Positions 39,778-49,583 of a DNA stretch of 57,125 nt are shown piece by piece. Under the pieces are notes generated by a model. The model ran no database searches. It was given only the letters and a program-made list of their open reading frames with translations, and had not been told where the DNA came from. Made by a program: the position numbers and the translations under genes. Origin of the DNA: a virus (taxonomy: Duplodnaviria; Caudoviricetes); the IMG/VR virus record IMGVR_UViG_3300033076_000756, positions 1 through 57,125 of that record; one strand, 5' to 3'. The first letter of the stretch is position 1, and every line of letters starts with the position of its first letter.

Positions 39778-41427
39778 TTAGAATGATCCGCCAGTGATGG
39801 GGTTGCGCATCACGATTTTGAGAACTTTAGTAGGGTCCTTAACCCAGATAGAAGGCATAGTCTGAGTCATGAATACGCGGTATCCATTGAAATTGCCAGA
39901 AGATGCAAACCCTTGTGTACGACCCATGTAGTCCATTGTACCGTTCTGATAGAACCACTTCAATTCGCTATCCCACTTCAACTTCAACAAGTAGATGTTG
40001 TCGTTTGTGTTGTCAGTGATGTCAAACACGATGAAGTTGTAAGATGATAATGGATAACCATCAATGATTGGGTTCTCAATGTCATTTGTGTGTACGTTGT
40101 CAAACGCAGGGTTCAACACGAACTTCACATTTGCAAGGAAAGGAATGGTGTAGCTAGTGAACGCAAAACCGAAGTTCAAGTCCATAGCGTTGTTACCAGA
40201 GATTGCTCCTAAACCAGCCTTAGACATGTCAGCGAAGAGTGAAGTACCACCACCAGTAGTGTTGAATGCTTCTTTCTTGATCGCCTCGTTCACCATACGC
40301 ATACCGGCCATACCAGTTTGTACGATGATTTGACGTTGTGGGTCTGGTCCTTTGAACTCAACCTTACCATTGTAGAAGTTGAAGATCTCAGAACGGAACA
40401 ATTCAAGTGAGAATGAGCTCTTGTTGTATACTCTTTTGAAAGAGTTATCCAACTGTGCCCAAAGACCTACAGACAAACGAAGATCATCTGGACCGTCTTG
40501 CTTGATGCGACCACCTTGTCCCCACATTAAGTAAGTCTCGATGTCATTTGCAATTTTGGTCAAGTGAGCTGTCTCCATTTTGGTAACGAATGAGCGAGTC
40601 AACGTACCATTGTCGTAAGCTTTTTTGATGTAGTCTTTACCAAGCTTAGACACCATAGCGTCAATGTTGGTCAAAGAAGGATCGTTTGCGATGTTCGCGT
40701 CAAATGAACGCCAGATCTCAGTTACAGGAACTGTACCGTCAGCATTCATACCGCCTTGCGCCATCATGTGTGCACGGCTAGATACGCTGTAGTGAACGTG
40801 AGCTTCAGCACCTCCAACGAAGTTGTAGAACTCACGGAAACCAGCGTTCAACTCACCGATGTCAGAGAAACGCTCACCATATTCTCCGCGGGCAGAACCT
40901 TTACGGAAGAATTTAGTACCAGGCTTCAAATACGCTTTGTCCAAAGACTTAGTGTTGTCGTTGTTCACCAACTGAACTGTGTAGACAAAACCATCTCCAG
41001 AAGGAAGGATGTCTTCAGCAGTGATGTACAATTCCACACCACGGTATTTGTCATAAGTGATGATGTCTCCGTGACCAAATGAACGCTTGTTCAATTTGAT
41101 TTTGAAGTTTGTACCGTCAATACCCAAGTTTGTTAAAGCTGGCTCAACGTCCTCAACAATGTAAGGAAGGTCTTGTACGATTGGCGTCTGCCATTTGTAC
41201 TCGCCACGAGGGTTATCAACGATGATGGTATTCTTACCACCAAATGATGCCATCTGATAGAGTGGCATTTCCACTTTCTGTGTCATTGCCCATAAGTCAA
41301 CAGGTCCTAAGTCCATAGGATCTGTGCTTTTGAGCATGTTCATCAAGTGGTACGAGTCTACATGCGAAGACACTTTATAGTTGGTGTCGCGCAAGAATAG
41401 ACCGTTGTTTAGAACAGGTGTACTCAT
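39778..41427 (-). CDS. Major capsid protein (crAss-like, HK97 fold)
   Basis: 549 aa following the portal and acidic scaffold-like genes; EYKWQ, G.GLWAQL, TGMAGM and C-terminal IWVKDPTK motifs typical of crAss-like MCPs. Confidence 0.85.
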   Translation of the reverse strand: MSTPVLNNGLFLRDTNYKVSSHVDSYHLMNMLKSTDPMDLGPVDLWAMTQKVEMPLYQMASFGGKNTIIVDNPRGEYKWQTPIVQDLPYIVEDVEPALTNLGIDGTNFKIKLNKRSFGHGDIITYDKYRGVELYITAEDILPSGDGFVYTVQLVNNDNTKSLDKAYLKPGTKFFRKGSARGEYGERFSDIGELNAGFREFYNFVGGAEAHVHYSVSSRAHMMAQGGMNADGTVPVTEIWRSFDANIANDPSLTNIDAMVSKLGKDYIKKAYDNGTLTRSFVTKMETAHLTKIANDIETYLMWGQGGRIKQDGPDDLRLSVGLWAQLDNSFKRVYNKSSFSLELFRSEIFNFYNGKVEFKGPDPQRQIIVQTGMAGMRMVNEAIKKEAFNTTGGGTSLFADMSKAGLGAISGNNAMDLNFGFAFTSYTIPFLANVKFVLNPAFDNVHTNDIENPIIDGYPLSSYNFIVFDITDNTNDNIYLLKLKWDSELKWFYQNGTMDYMGRTQGFASSGNFNGYRVFMTQTMPSIWVKDPTKVLKIVMRNPITGGSF

Positions 41428-41458
41428 AGGATAAAGGATTAATAATTGTTATTGTGTG

Positions 41459-42730
41459 TTACTTACGTCCGGTAAAAATGTTGGCTGGTTTTCTTGGTAT
41501 TCTTTTTTGTTTCTCAGGTTCTTCCTCTGTGTCAGTCACTGTAGAAGCAAGGCGTCTTCCTTCTTCAGTCTTGAGTTTGCGGACAGTGTCCTGAGTCACT
41601 TGGCTTGCTACCTGCTTGCGGATGTTCTCTTTGTAGTCTTCTGGATCAGAAAGCAACCAAAGCGTTTCAGCGATCAGGTCATAGCGTGGTTCTTTGCCAA
41701 ACTGGTAGTCCTCTAATAACTTACCAAGGAGGTTAGTAGGACGGCCACTCATAGAATCATACTTTACGCTTGTCAATTCATCCCATAGGAACTTCTGACG
41801 TTTGGCGTCAAGCTTAACACCATTGAGTTCTGCAGGCTTCAGAGTGTTATAGATCTGATCCATATACTCTTCTTTCTTCTGCTGCTGTTGTTGGCGGAAG
41901 GCTTCTTGTTGTGCAAGCTTTTGTTGCACCACTTCTTCTTCCATTTGATCAAGCTTCGGTTTGAACTGTGAAGCTTTCTTGGCAATGGCACCAGACTCTA
42001 ACCACTCCTCAATCTGATCTTCAATCAGATCCTGGTCACCGTTCCCAAAACCTGAAGCTTGTAAGTACTGGCGTACAATGTGCTCCTGGTGTTCAGGTTG
42101 GCGTGGGTCTAATGAACGTGTCTCTTCCACTTGTGCTAGTGCACGGAAAAGACCTTTCATGTCTTTACCACCTTTTGCCACATATTCAGCTGCATACTGC
42201 AACTCGTCTGGCAACGATTCAAAGAACTCTTTTGGAGTCTGCTCGCGGAGTTGTTTTTCTTTCTCCTCCAGGTTAGCCTGAACTAATTCCTGCCAATCCT
42301 TTACTGAGTATTCCTCCAAGGGCTTCTCATCTTCAAATGCGAAGAAGGTTCCCTCTTCAATCAGTTTGGAGAATGTCTCTACCAAACCTGATTTATCAGT
42401 CTTCTTTCTTCCAGGTTTCTTGGATGGTTCTGGTTCGTCATCTTCGTCATCACCACCAAAAAGCTCCTCATCCAAGTCCTTTAATGCATCTGCTGTAGCT
42501 GCTGCATCCGGAGTTGGCGTTTTCTTTTTACCATCCTCATCCTCTTCTTCCTCATCCTCTTTGTCCAGGAAACTGGTGTCAACTGGTTTCTGAGTAGAAA
42601 AAATGGATGGCTTCTTGTCATCGCCTTCATCCGCTGTCACCACGCTATCAGCGCCTGGCATAGGAAGAAAATCATCTATAGAATCAAGTGTCACGTTTGA
42701 CACTGTCGTCTGTTGGTTGTTATCGCTCAT
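41459..42730 (-). CDS. Acidic scaffold-like protein
   Basis: Very acidic N-terminus, coiled-coil C-half, located between portal and MCP. Confidence 0.65.
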   Translation of the reverse strand: MSDNNQQTTVSNVTLDSIDDFLPMPGADSVVTADEGDDKKPSIFSTQKPVDTSFLDKEDEEEEDEDGKKKTPTPDAAATADALKDLDEELFGGDDEDDEPEPSKKPGRKKTDKSGLVETFSKLIEEGTFFAFEDEKPLEEYSVKDWQELVQANLEEKEKQLREQTPKEFFESLPDELQYAAEYVAKGGKDMKGLFRALAQVEETRSLDPRQPEHQEHIVRQYLQASGFGNGDQDLIEDQIEEWLESGAIAKKASQFKPKLDQMEEEVVQQKLAQQEAFRQQQQQKKEEYMDQIYNTLKPAELNGVKLDAKRQKFLWDELTSVKYDSMSGRPTNLLGKLLEDYQFGKEPRYDLIAETLWLLSDPEDYKENIRKQVASQVTQDTVRKLKTEEGRRLASTVTDTEEEPEKQKRIPRKPANIFTGRK

Positions 42731-42763
42731 ACCTTATGTTTAGGGGGTTTCTCGTGTTCTTCT

Positions 42764-42780
42764 CTTCATATATAATCTAC
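42764..42780 (-). promoter_or_regulatory. Candidate late promoter variant (GTAGATTATATATGAAG)
   Basis: Similar to the 19155/30232/35825 motif; ~35 nt upstream of ATG 42730. Confidence 0.4.
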
Positions 42781-42854
42781 TGAATAAACCCTTGAGATTT
42801 ACATCGTTAGAGTGTATCCAAACTAGATTTCAAGCACTATATCGCTATAGTGTT

Positions 42855-45584
42855 TTACTCCTTGTCAAATTTGTTTTTGTTGATGCGCGCAACTTGTATT
42901 TGCTTGTCAGCAATGCGCTCCTTGGACTGTAGTTCCTGGCGTTTCAGATCAAGCTTTTGCTGTTCTGTGAGCTGACGGTTAGTCTCTTTATCACGTTCCA
43001 GCGACTGACGGCTTTGGTCAGCAGCTTTCTTGTCCAGGTATTCAAGGGTGTCAATGTAGTCGTTCTGATTGTTGGCATTACGGTCTTGCATAGCCGTATA
43101 TCCTGCAGAGCGGATCTCAGCCTCACGAAGCTTGTTCTCGCGGTCAAGTTGTTTCTGCTCAGCCTGGAACTTAAGTTCAGCTTCCTGGCGTTTGTTCTCG
43201 CCTTCCTGCTTCATTTGCTCAGCCTGCTGCATTGCCTCCATCTCTTGTTGCTTAGCCTTGGTAGTTTTATCCTCAATGCCTTTCATCACGCTAGTGATCT
43301 CAGCCATAGAGTCAGCCTTAACAAGGTTTCCTAAGTCATAGATAGATGCACCAGCAGTGTTGTTAGAAAGTGCAAGTCCGCGGATCTGCTCAATGATCTG
43401 GCGCTGATTCACCTTAGTGGAGATAAATACGTTCAGGTCGCGTGCCAGTAACTCTGTACCATTGATCTCAAAGTTTACTTTCTCATCCATAGAGGTGAGG
43501 TACTGCAAACGAAGAGATGGTCTTGTAGAGTGGTAGTACTGTGCAAGGTCTGTACGCATTTGGTGTATACGCGGCATCAGGTACTCTGAGTGCTGTGTAA
43601 AGTAAACTTCCGTCTGAGAGTAACTCATGTTGATAGCCTGCTCTACACCGGTAGCTGTTTCCTGGCCATTGACTGCACCCATACGCTGTGGTGACAGACC
43701 TATAGACTCAAAACACTGGGTCTTGAAATAGTTAGCCAGCTGGATGCGCGACATTAAACGTTGTGTCTGCTCCAGGTTCAATACCTGGTAATGCTGGAAG
43801 TTTAGTGCATTCTCTGTGTTGGTGATAGAAGTATCCAATGGAAGCATTCCAAAGTTCTTCATAGCCACATAGGCTTTGCTAAAGTTGTTGTGCCCCCAGT
43901 CTTCACCCATTGAGTGGCGTGGCAGTGCGTTCTGGTCAAGCATGATCACTGTACCAAGCTCATCTACCAGGATATCAGCGATCTGGTTGTTCACCAGGTT
44001 GTAACCAATCTGGTAAGGTTTCATCTTGTCTACAAGAGACATGGACTTCACGTTACGGTCTGTAAATACCGCTCCTTCTACAGGAAGCTTACAACCGTAT
44101 AGGGTAAAGTCACCTTTAAATTGGAAGCGTACTGGCTTGACATCCAGATACATAGGGGCAAATCCCTGTGCGTCATTGCTACCATAGAACGTTGGGCGGT
44201 TGGGACCAATCTTGGTACCACCCCATACTTCATTGATCCAGATCCAGTCAATGTGCTCTCCGTACACCAGCGTTTCGCGGTTTTTGTTCTTGAGCACAGA
44301 AGTATCATAAACAGGTTTGTGAGTAACCTTGTAACTCTCATCCACTACCATGTCTACCAGGATACCATCATCTCCAATCTTAGAAAGATGTCCTACCATG
44401 CGCTGGCTCTTCCAGTACACAGTAGTCACACGGATAAGGCTCCAGTTGTTGAAGTCTTGTGCATCCTCTGTCTCACTAAAGATCTTGTAGATGATATCAT
44501 CACCGGTGTTCATGAAAGTATCACGCGCTGAAAGGAACTGACGCATGCCCAATGAAGGACCTTGTGTGTTCCATGCGTGATCACGTGTAGCATCATAGAA
44601 GGATCCATCGTTCTGCTGGCCTGGGATAAGATATCCTGCAGATTTCACAGGATAGATAGCCTCCAGGGCTTCCAGCTGATCCTGGTTCATCTTATGGCCA
44701 TATTTGTCAATAACGTCAGCCATGGTCATAAGATCCACACGTCCTGCCCAGTTAGACTGGGAAATGTAGCGTGCCTCTGGTGATTTATGATAGAATGTGA
44801 GCACCGGGTTCCAGAGCTCAATCTCATAATCATCCTCATTCATCTTGAAATGCCAGAACTCACGGTCAGTGATCAGCATGTCGCGGAATGCAATATTCTC
44901 CAGCTCTTTCATGTAGAAGCGCTCCTCATCAACAGCATGCTGGTGAGTGGCCCATTCTTCAATCATAGAGCGGTAGTCCTTGCGGAAAAATTCTTCAATC
45001 TCAGGAAGTGTCTTGAGGTTCTCAGGACTCATCATTTGCTGAGCCTGTTGTGCCTGCTGCTCATCTTCCATGTTAAGTCCCATAGACTCAATCATTTGCT
45101 GCATTTTCTGCTCAGCGTGAGACACCAGTACCTCTTCTACCATACTACGCTTTTGCTCAATCAGCTCATTGTAAGAAGCTTCATCTACTGCGCGGTAAGT
45201 AATGCGATCATTCCTTTTTGCAAACTCTCCTGTCAGAACGTTGATAACGTTTGGAATAATTGGGAAGAACTTCAGCTCAAATGCACTCTCATCCTGTGTG
45301 GTGAGAATGTCAATCATTTCAGCTACCTCGTTGTCTTCTTCAACAATGTAGTCCGTGCGGTCAATGATACCATTGGCCAGCTTGTAGTTCTTGAGCAAGC
45401 GTCTCGCATTTCTGCGAATCTGCTTCATACCCTGCATTTCTAACCAGTCAAGGTTCCATGCGCCCCAGGCCTCATCTTTTTCTGTAGAAGGGAGGAACTG
45501 AACCGGCTGGGTAAGCGTACCCATGCGGTTGTAGTCAGCTTTCGCTCCATTCTTGAGTTGTAATGCGTTTACAATTTTTGGCAT
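42855..45584 (-). CDS. Portal protein
   Basis: 909 aa directly after TerL; FPIIPNVINVLTGE, SLVDKMKPYQ..YN, G.SPQRMG and a long Gln-rich C-terminal coiled coil, as in crAss-like portals. Confidence 0.88.
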   Translation of the reverse strand: MPKIVNALQLKNGAKADYNRMGTLTQPVQFLPSTEKDEAWGAWNLDWLEMQGMKQIRRNARRLLKNYKLANGIIDRTDYIVEEDNEVAEMIDILTTQDESAFELKFFPIIPNVINVLTGEFAKRNDRITYRAVDEASYNELIEQKRSMVEEVLVSHAEQKMQQMIESMGLNMEDEQQAQQAQQMMSPENLKTLPEIEEFFRKDYRSMIEEWATHQHAVDEERFYMKELENIAFRDMLITDREFWHFKMNEDDYEIELWNPVLTFYHKSPEARYISQSNWAGRVDLMTMADVIDKYGHKMNQDQLEALEAIYPVKSAGYLIPGQQNDGSFYDATRDHAWNTQGPSLGMRQFLSARDTFMNTGDDIIYKIFSETEDAQDFNNWSLIRVTTVYWKSQRMVGHLSKIGDDGILVDMVVDESYKVTHKPVYDTSVLKNKNRETLVYGEHIDWIWINEVWGGTKIGPNRPTFYGSNDAQGFAPMYLDVKPVRFQFKGDFTLYGCKLPVEGAVFTDRNVKSMSLVDKMKPYQIGYNLVNNQIADILVDELGTVIMLDQNALPRHSMGEDWGHNNFSKAYVAMKNFGMLPLDTSITNTENALNFQHYQVLNLEQTQRLMSRIQLANYFKTQCFESIGLSPQRMGAVNGQETATGVEQAINMSYSQTEVYFTQHSEYLMPRIHQMRTDLAQYYHSTRPSLRLQYLTSMDEKVNFEINGTELLARDLNVFISTKVNQRQIIEQIRGLALSNNTAGASIYDLGNLVKADSMAEITSVMKGIEDKTTKAKQQEMEAMQQAEQMKQEGENKRQEAELKFQAEQKQLDRENKLREAEIRSAGYTAMQDRNANNQNDYIDTLEYLDKKAADQSRQSLERDKETNRQLTEQQKLDLKRQELQSKERIADKQIQVARINKNKFDKE

Positions 45585-45601
45585 CGTGTGTTCTGTTAAT
45601 T

Positions 45602-47803
45602 CTACCTCAGATTCTTAAAGGGGTTTCTGGGGGGTCTCATGTTAGAAGAAGAAGCATTTGGCCTTCCCATATTGCGGAAAGGAGTGCTCATAGATAATTT
45701 ACTAAAATTTTTAGTATTTGCCAACTGACCATCCTCTCTCTCAACACGTTTAGCATAACCCCGGTTACTCTCCTGGACTTTGGCAAATGCTACCAGTGCA
45801 CAGAACGCTACCAAGCGGTCAACGTTAAGTCCATCACGGTATGCTGCCATCTCCCGTAAGAGCATGATGTCAGGAATTCTTTCTATCCCATAGGTGGTCC
45901 TGACAATCTCACCATCGGATTTTGTCTCATGGTCCAGCTCCTCTTCCAGGAACTGCAGCGCATATGAGATCAGGTTTGTTTTAAAGAGTGTTCCTACGTT
46001 ACGCCAGCCATATTCCTGGTAGACGTTATTGTTACTCTGTAGTTCTTTTAAGAACAGGATCTGGTTTTTAGGGACCAGGTATTTTTGTTTACGTCTGGAG
46101 ATCATATACTGGATGAACAAGCTGATGTTGTTCTCCACAATGGTCCAGGCGTTGTACAGCTCAATAATCATTTCCAAACGCTCATGCGTTTTGTTCAGGT
46201 CATCAAATCGTCCACACCAGCTGGCTACGATCTTGTCGCGCTCAATATGCTGTTCAATGGACCCATCCTGCTTGTGTATAGTAACTTCCTGGGAAGTCTT
46301 GTAGACAAATATGGAACAGAGGGATTCAGACGTTGTAGTCTTACCTTCTGCCACGGGGTCAATGGAAGCGTAGTACATTCCAAACGTAGGATCCTTCACA
46401 GGACGCTCATAGATGACAACCACGCCCTCTTTGTTCTCTGTCTTAGGGGAAATAGGGAACTCCATGATTGGACGCTTCCTGGACTCTTTAATTTCAATTT
46501 TGCCATTGTCTGCGCGCTCCAGGTCCACGTACTCTGTGTAGTACTCTTTTTCCTCAATCTTGCGGATCTGTTTTTGGACCAGGTGTAGCGGGAACTTAGA
46601 AGCTTTTCTGTAAGCAAAGGCCTCTTCAATGTTAATAGGTTTTTGAGAAATACGAAGCTGGTAGTCGTCTGGCTTAAGCTTTCTTTTCCAGTCTTCGCGC
46701 TCAGCAAGGATCAGCTTGAGAGCTTCCTCAACAAGAGAGTTACCCCATTCGTCAATGCATGGAAGCATGGACCATTGCTCTGGAATGAACAGTCCACAGT
46801 AAGCTGTCTGTCCTTCTCCGTTTAATAGGTTGGTCTCAACGGCCAGTACGTCCTTGGAGTCTGGGTTGAGAATAAGTTCTTTTAATGGCTCACACTGTTC
46901 CAAGTCACCCACAGATCCTGCAGCGGCAAACATACCGGTGTAGATCATACCTGATTTCATGGCAGGTAAAAGGTACTCCAGCGTCTCATTCATCTTAGGG
47001 GCAATACCTGCTTCCTCGTGAAAGAAGAACCTTACCGGACCCCCTACACCATTGGTAGGATCCTTTTCAAGTGCAGTACCTGACATCACAGATTTAAGAC
47101 CCACGTCACGCTTTCTTCCGCCCTGGTTGACCTCAATCTTCTGTTCCCAGGACATTACCTTGTCTGGGTTGCATGGACGATACCATCCTGTGTAGGTATT
47201 CAGGAAGTTGCGGTATTCATCCAAGAAACGCCAGGTTCCTTTCTCGTTGATATAATCTTTGAGGGAAGCAGCGATCTTGCAGACAGCACCTTCTTCAAAC
47301 CAAAAGATGTTGATCATGCGACCGGCATGGTAGTAAGAGGATGCGATCTGACGTTTCTTGAGGATGGCTGCGTGCTTGAAGCTTACCTCAGCCAGTTTCT
47401 CATAAAGCGCCATATGGTACTGCGCATCACGGACATCCGCAAACGTAAACTTCCCTACCTCCTTGTTATAGATAGGCAGGAAGTTGATCCACATGTAATA
47501 ATCTCTTGTGAGATACCAGGTTCTTTCTCCATTCTTAAAAATGACACCATTGCGGCATTTGTCCTTCTCTGTGTCCCAGTAGGTAATATAATCCTTGGAA
47601 CGCATGGGAGCGGTGGTAAATACGCGGTACTGGTTGAATATACGCGCCTGTGAATTGAACAGCAGCGAGGTCTCGTCAAACTCATATTTGCCTGGCTCCT
47701 TGAAAACAGACCACAGGAAGTCCTGAAACTCCTGCCTGGTCTCAAAGTCAGTACGTGACCATGTGCTGGTCACAGCATCATATGTAGGTACGGAAATAAA
47801 CAT
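45602..47803 (-). CDS. terL: Terminase large subunit
   Basis: Walker A variant LKKRQIASSY, Walker B FFHEEAG, RNase H-like nuclease motifs SIDPV, VENN and NVDRLVAF. Confidence 0.92.
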   Translation of the reverse strand: MFISVPTYDAVTSTWSRTDFETRQEFQDFLWSVFKEPGKYEFDETSLLFNSQARIFNQYRVFTTAPMRSKDYITYWDTEKDKCRNGVIFKNGERTWYLTRDYYMWINFLPIYNKEVGKFTFADVRDAQYHMALYEKLAEVSFKHAAILKKRQIASSYYHAGRMINIFWFEEGAVCKIAASLKDYINEKGTWRFLDEYRNFLNTYTGWYRPCNPDKVMSWEQKIEVNQGGRKRDVGLKSVMSGTALEKDPTNGVGGPVRFFFHEEAGIAPKMNETLEYLLPAMKSGMIYTGMFAAAGSVGDLEQCEPLKELILNPDSKDVLAVETNLLNGEGQTAYCGLFIPEQWSMLPCIDEWGNSLVEEALKLILAEREDWKRKLKPDDYQLRISQKPINIEEAFAYRKASKFPLHLVQKQIRKIEEKEYYTEYVDLERADNGKIEIKESRKRPIMEFPISPKTENKEGVVVIYERPVKDPTFGMYYASIDPVAEGKTTTSESLCSIFVYKTSQEVTIHKQDGSIEQHIERDKIVASWCGRFDDLNKTHERLEMIIELYNAWTIVENNISLFIQYMISRRKQKYLVPKNQILFLKELQSNNNVYQEYGWRNVGTLFKTNLISYALQFLEEELDHETKSDGEIVRTTYGIERIPDIMLLREMAAYRDGLNVDRLVAFCALVAFAKVQESNRGYAKRVEREDGQLANTKNFSKLSMSTPFRNMGRPNASSSNMRPPRNPFKNLR

Positions 47804-48000
47804 TATTGAATGATTGCCTCAGGTGTGTCCACTAGCACGGTGACAGTTGAACCATCTGCATAATTCCAGATCACGTTGGTGACAACGTACTGGTCAGGTG
47901 AGATGGTGATGATGTTCCCTTTTTGCGGAACTTGTGTAGCTGGACGGGTAATGATATGCCCGTCTGTTCTGTGATGAATAATTACTCTGTAAGTTTTCAT
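47803..48000 (-). CDS. Hypothetical protein (65 aa)
   Basis: Short ORF coupled to terL (TAATG overlap). Confidence 0.55.
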   Translation of the reverse strand: MKTYRVIIHHRTDGHIITRPATQVPQKGNIITISPDQYVVTNVIWNYADGSTVTVLVDTPEAIIQ

Positions 48001-48212
48001 AGGGGTTTTTTTCTGTTGAATTGCATATGGCTCATAAGCTTACTTAGCTCTTTATGCCTATATACCGTATGTATGCCTTTCTCTTTTTTAAAATACGCGT
48101 CCATGTCCTCACGGTGAAACGCATACCAAGTATCATCATGGCCATTGTAATGAAACAGCCAATTATAAAACGCCTTATCATTTTTCAGTACTAATGGTTT
48201 ACTCCTGATCAT
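47997..48212 (-). CDS. Hypothetical protein (~71 aa)
   Basis: Likely real start MIRSKPL at 48212 (the longer track ORF overlaps the upstream gene); aromatic WLFHYN...WYAFHR motif. Confidence 0.5.
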   Translation of the reverse strand: MIRSKPLVLKNDKAFYNWLFHYNGHDDTWYAFHREDMDAYFKKEKGIHTVYRHKELSKLMSHMQFNRKKPL

Positions 48213-48714
48213 ACGCCAGTCGTTGGCCTCCACGTACCTGGCTTTTTTGCTCTTCCATAAGGTCTTTATACGTTCCCTTGTAAGCAGAACGTATAGCCTC
48301 AAATTTTGCCGCAGCGTTGACCAGCGCTGTGATATTTCCATCGCGACCATGCTCAATAGCAGTAGTTTCCATGTATTTCGCGAGACGGTCGAGCATGTGT
48401 TTGATACCCATGTACGCTCTGTACGTAGGCGTTTCATACAACTTTTTACAGAGCTCCAGAGCCGCGATAATAGCGTCATCTTCTGTGGAGAATTCTGCTT
48501 CCAGTTGAGACAGAATAAGTTCTTCTTTTTCATTTTCAGGAACGTCAAAAAAAGGATTCATATCAGGGTTAGGGCACGTCATGTAGAACAGGTACGCATA
48601 GACCTTTACGTGGTCCAGCGGATACTCCTCCATAATGCGTTTTAAAAATGCCAGGGTATGGCAGTGTTCTGAAGGAACAACCTCCCCTGCGTGTATATCA
48701 AATAGTTTTACCAT
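48199..48714 (-). CDS. Conserved protein upstream of terL, possible terminase small subunit
   Basis: Start at MVKLFD; helical ~171-aa protein ending ..VRGG.....DQ; position near terL. Confidence 0.5.
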   Translation of the reverse strand: MVKLFDIHAGEVVPSEHCHTLAFLKRIMEEYPLDHVKVYAYLFYMTCPNPDMNPFFDVPENEKEELILSQLEAEFSTEDDAIIAALELCKKLYETPTYRAYMGIKHMLDRLAKYMETTAIEHGRDGNITALVNAAAKFEAIRSAYKGTYKDLMEEQKSQVRGGQRLAYDQE

Positions 48715-48904
48715 TTCTTCCAAATGTTATATTCTTCTTTACTCTAATGTCCTTGTGAGTGAACTGCCACATCTCACCACTATCATTTAAAATGACAGTA
48801 TATATCGTGTCAGTCTCATGACCGTAGTCTGTCACCAGCCAGATGATTCCAGGCCCGTTAGGTGTTTCCACCTCAACTCTGTTTTGTGGCTCAAATACTG
48901 TCAT
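48698..48904 (-). CDS. Hypothetical protein (68 aa)
   Basis: ORF overlapping its neighbours; VETPNGPG...DYG...GEMW small beta-protein pattern. Confidence 0.55.
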   Translation of the reverse strand: MTVFEPQNRVEVETPNGPGIIWLVTDYGHETDTIYTVILNDSGEMWQFTHKDIRVKKNITFGRNGKTI

Positions 48905-49583
48905 TTTGTAGCTCAGGAATTTTAATTTCTACTGCTTCATCACGTGCAAGCAGTGCGTTGTACAGGTTGTAATCCTGGATCCACTCTTTGCCGGTCCAGA
49001 ATTCAAAGCCTCTGAAGGATCCTTTATACAGGCAGCAGTGCTCATATCCTCCTAGCAAGTACACATGTGTACATCCAAGGGCGCGTGCCAGGTCACACTC
49101 GTGCATCTGTGCTATGTTGCCAAGTGAGAGCTTAGGTTCAGCATAATCCCATATAAACTGCATAGCCACAAACTGATCATCATATGTCTTGTACAGACTT
49201 ATACCTACTAGTTTATTGTCATAGTGATACTCAATGACGTTACAATCCTGGAAATACTCCCACTCAATATCTCTGGCAAAACCATGGTGATCACAATAAT
49301 GCTCATACAGAGCTTTATAATTGTCCTGAGATAGTTTCATATCACCAGGTGCTGTTTGAACGTTTCTAGCCAGTTTTCTGACAGTGGCAGTAGGGGTGTA
49401 AAGCGATAGATCCAGACGCACACTTCTCAAATTAAACCAGCGGTCACCCCATGGTATCCAGCCTTGCTTAAGAGCATCCGCCCCAGACTCACTTTCTTCA
49501 AGAGTGCCATACGGGTCTGAGAAGATAAAGTCCATATGCTTCACCTTTCCAAAACCACTGACATGATCAAAGTGCACCTTCAT
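48891..49583 (-). CDS. Aminoacyl-tRNA-protein transferase-like (ATE/Bpt, GNAT fold)
   Basis: W.N.RSVR.DL, LYEHY, KLVGIS, FIWDY..PKLSLG, ARALGCTHVYL.GGYE.C..YK..F.GFE correspond to the ATE C-terminal domain pattern (SLG...A...G..YVYLGY....C....YK..F.P.E). Confidence 0.7.
   Translation of the reverse strand: MKVHFDHVSGFGKVKHMDFIFSDPYGTLEESESGADALKQGWIPWGDRWFNLRSVRLDLSLYTPTATVRKLARNVQTAPGDMKLSQDNYKALYEHYCDHHGFARDIEWEYFQDCNVIEYHYDNKLVGISLYKTYDDQFVAMQFIWDYAEPKLSLGNIAQMHECDLARALGCTHVYLLGGYEHCCLYKGSFRGFEFWTGKEWIQDYNLYNALLARDEAVEIKIPELQNDSI

Noticed and set aside
39778-47803. Introns or inteins in terL, portal or MCP
   Set aside because: ORFs are uninterrupted and of ordinary size for this group. 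No intein (C...HN) or homing-endonuclease motifs were noticed.
47997-48548. 183-aa ORF overlapping the terS-like gene (possible frameshift product)
   Set aside because: Only the last ~71 codons look protein-like and have their own ATG at 48212. No clear slippery site supports a fusion.
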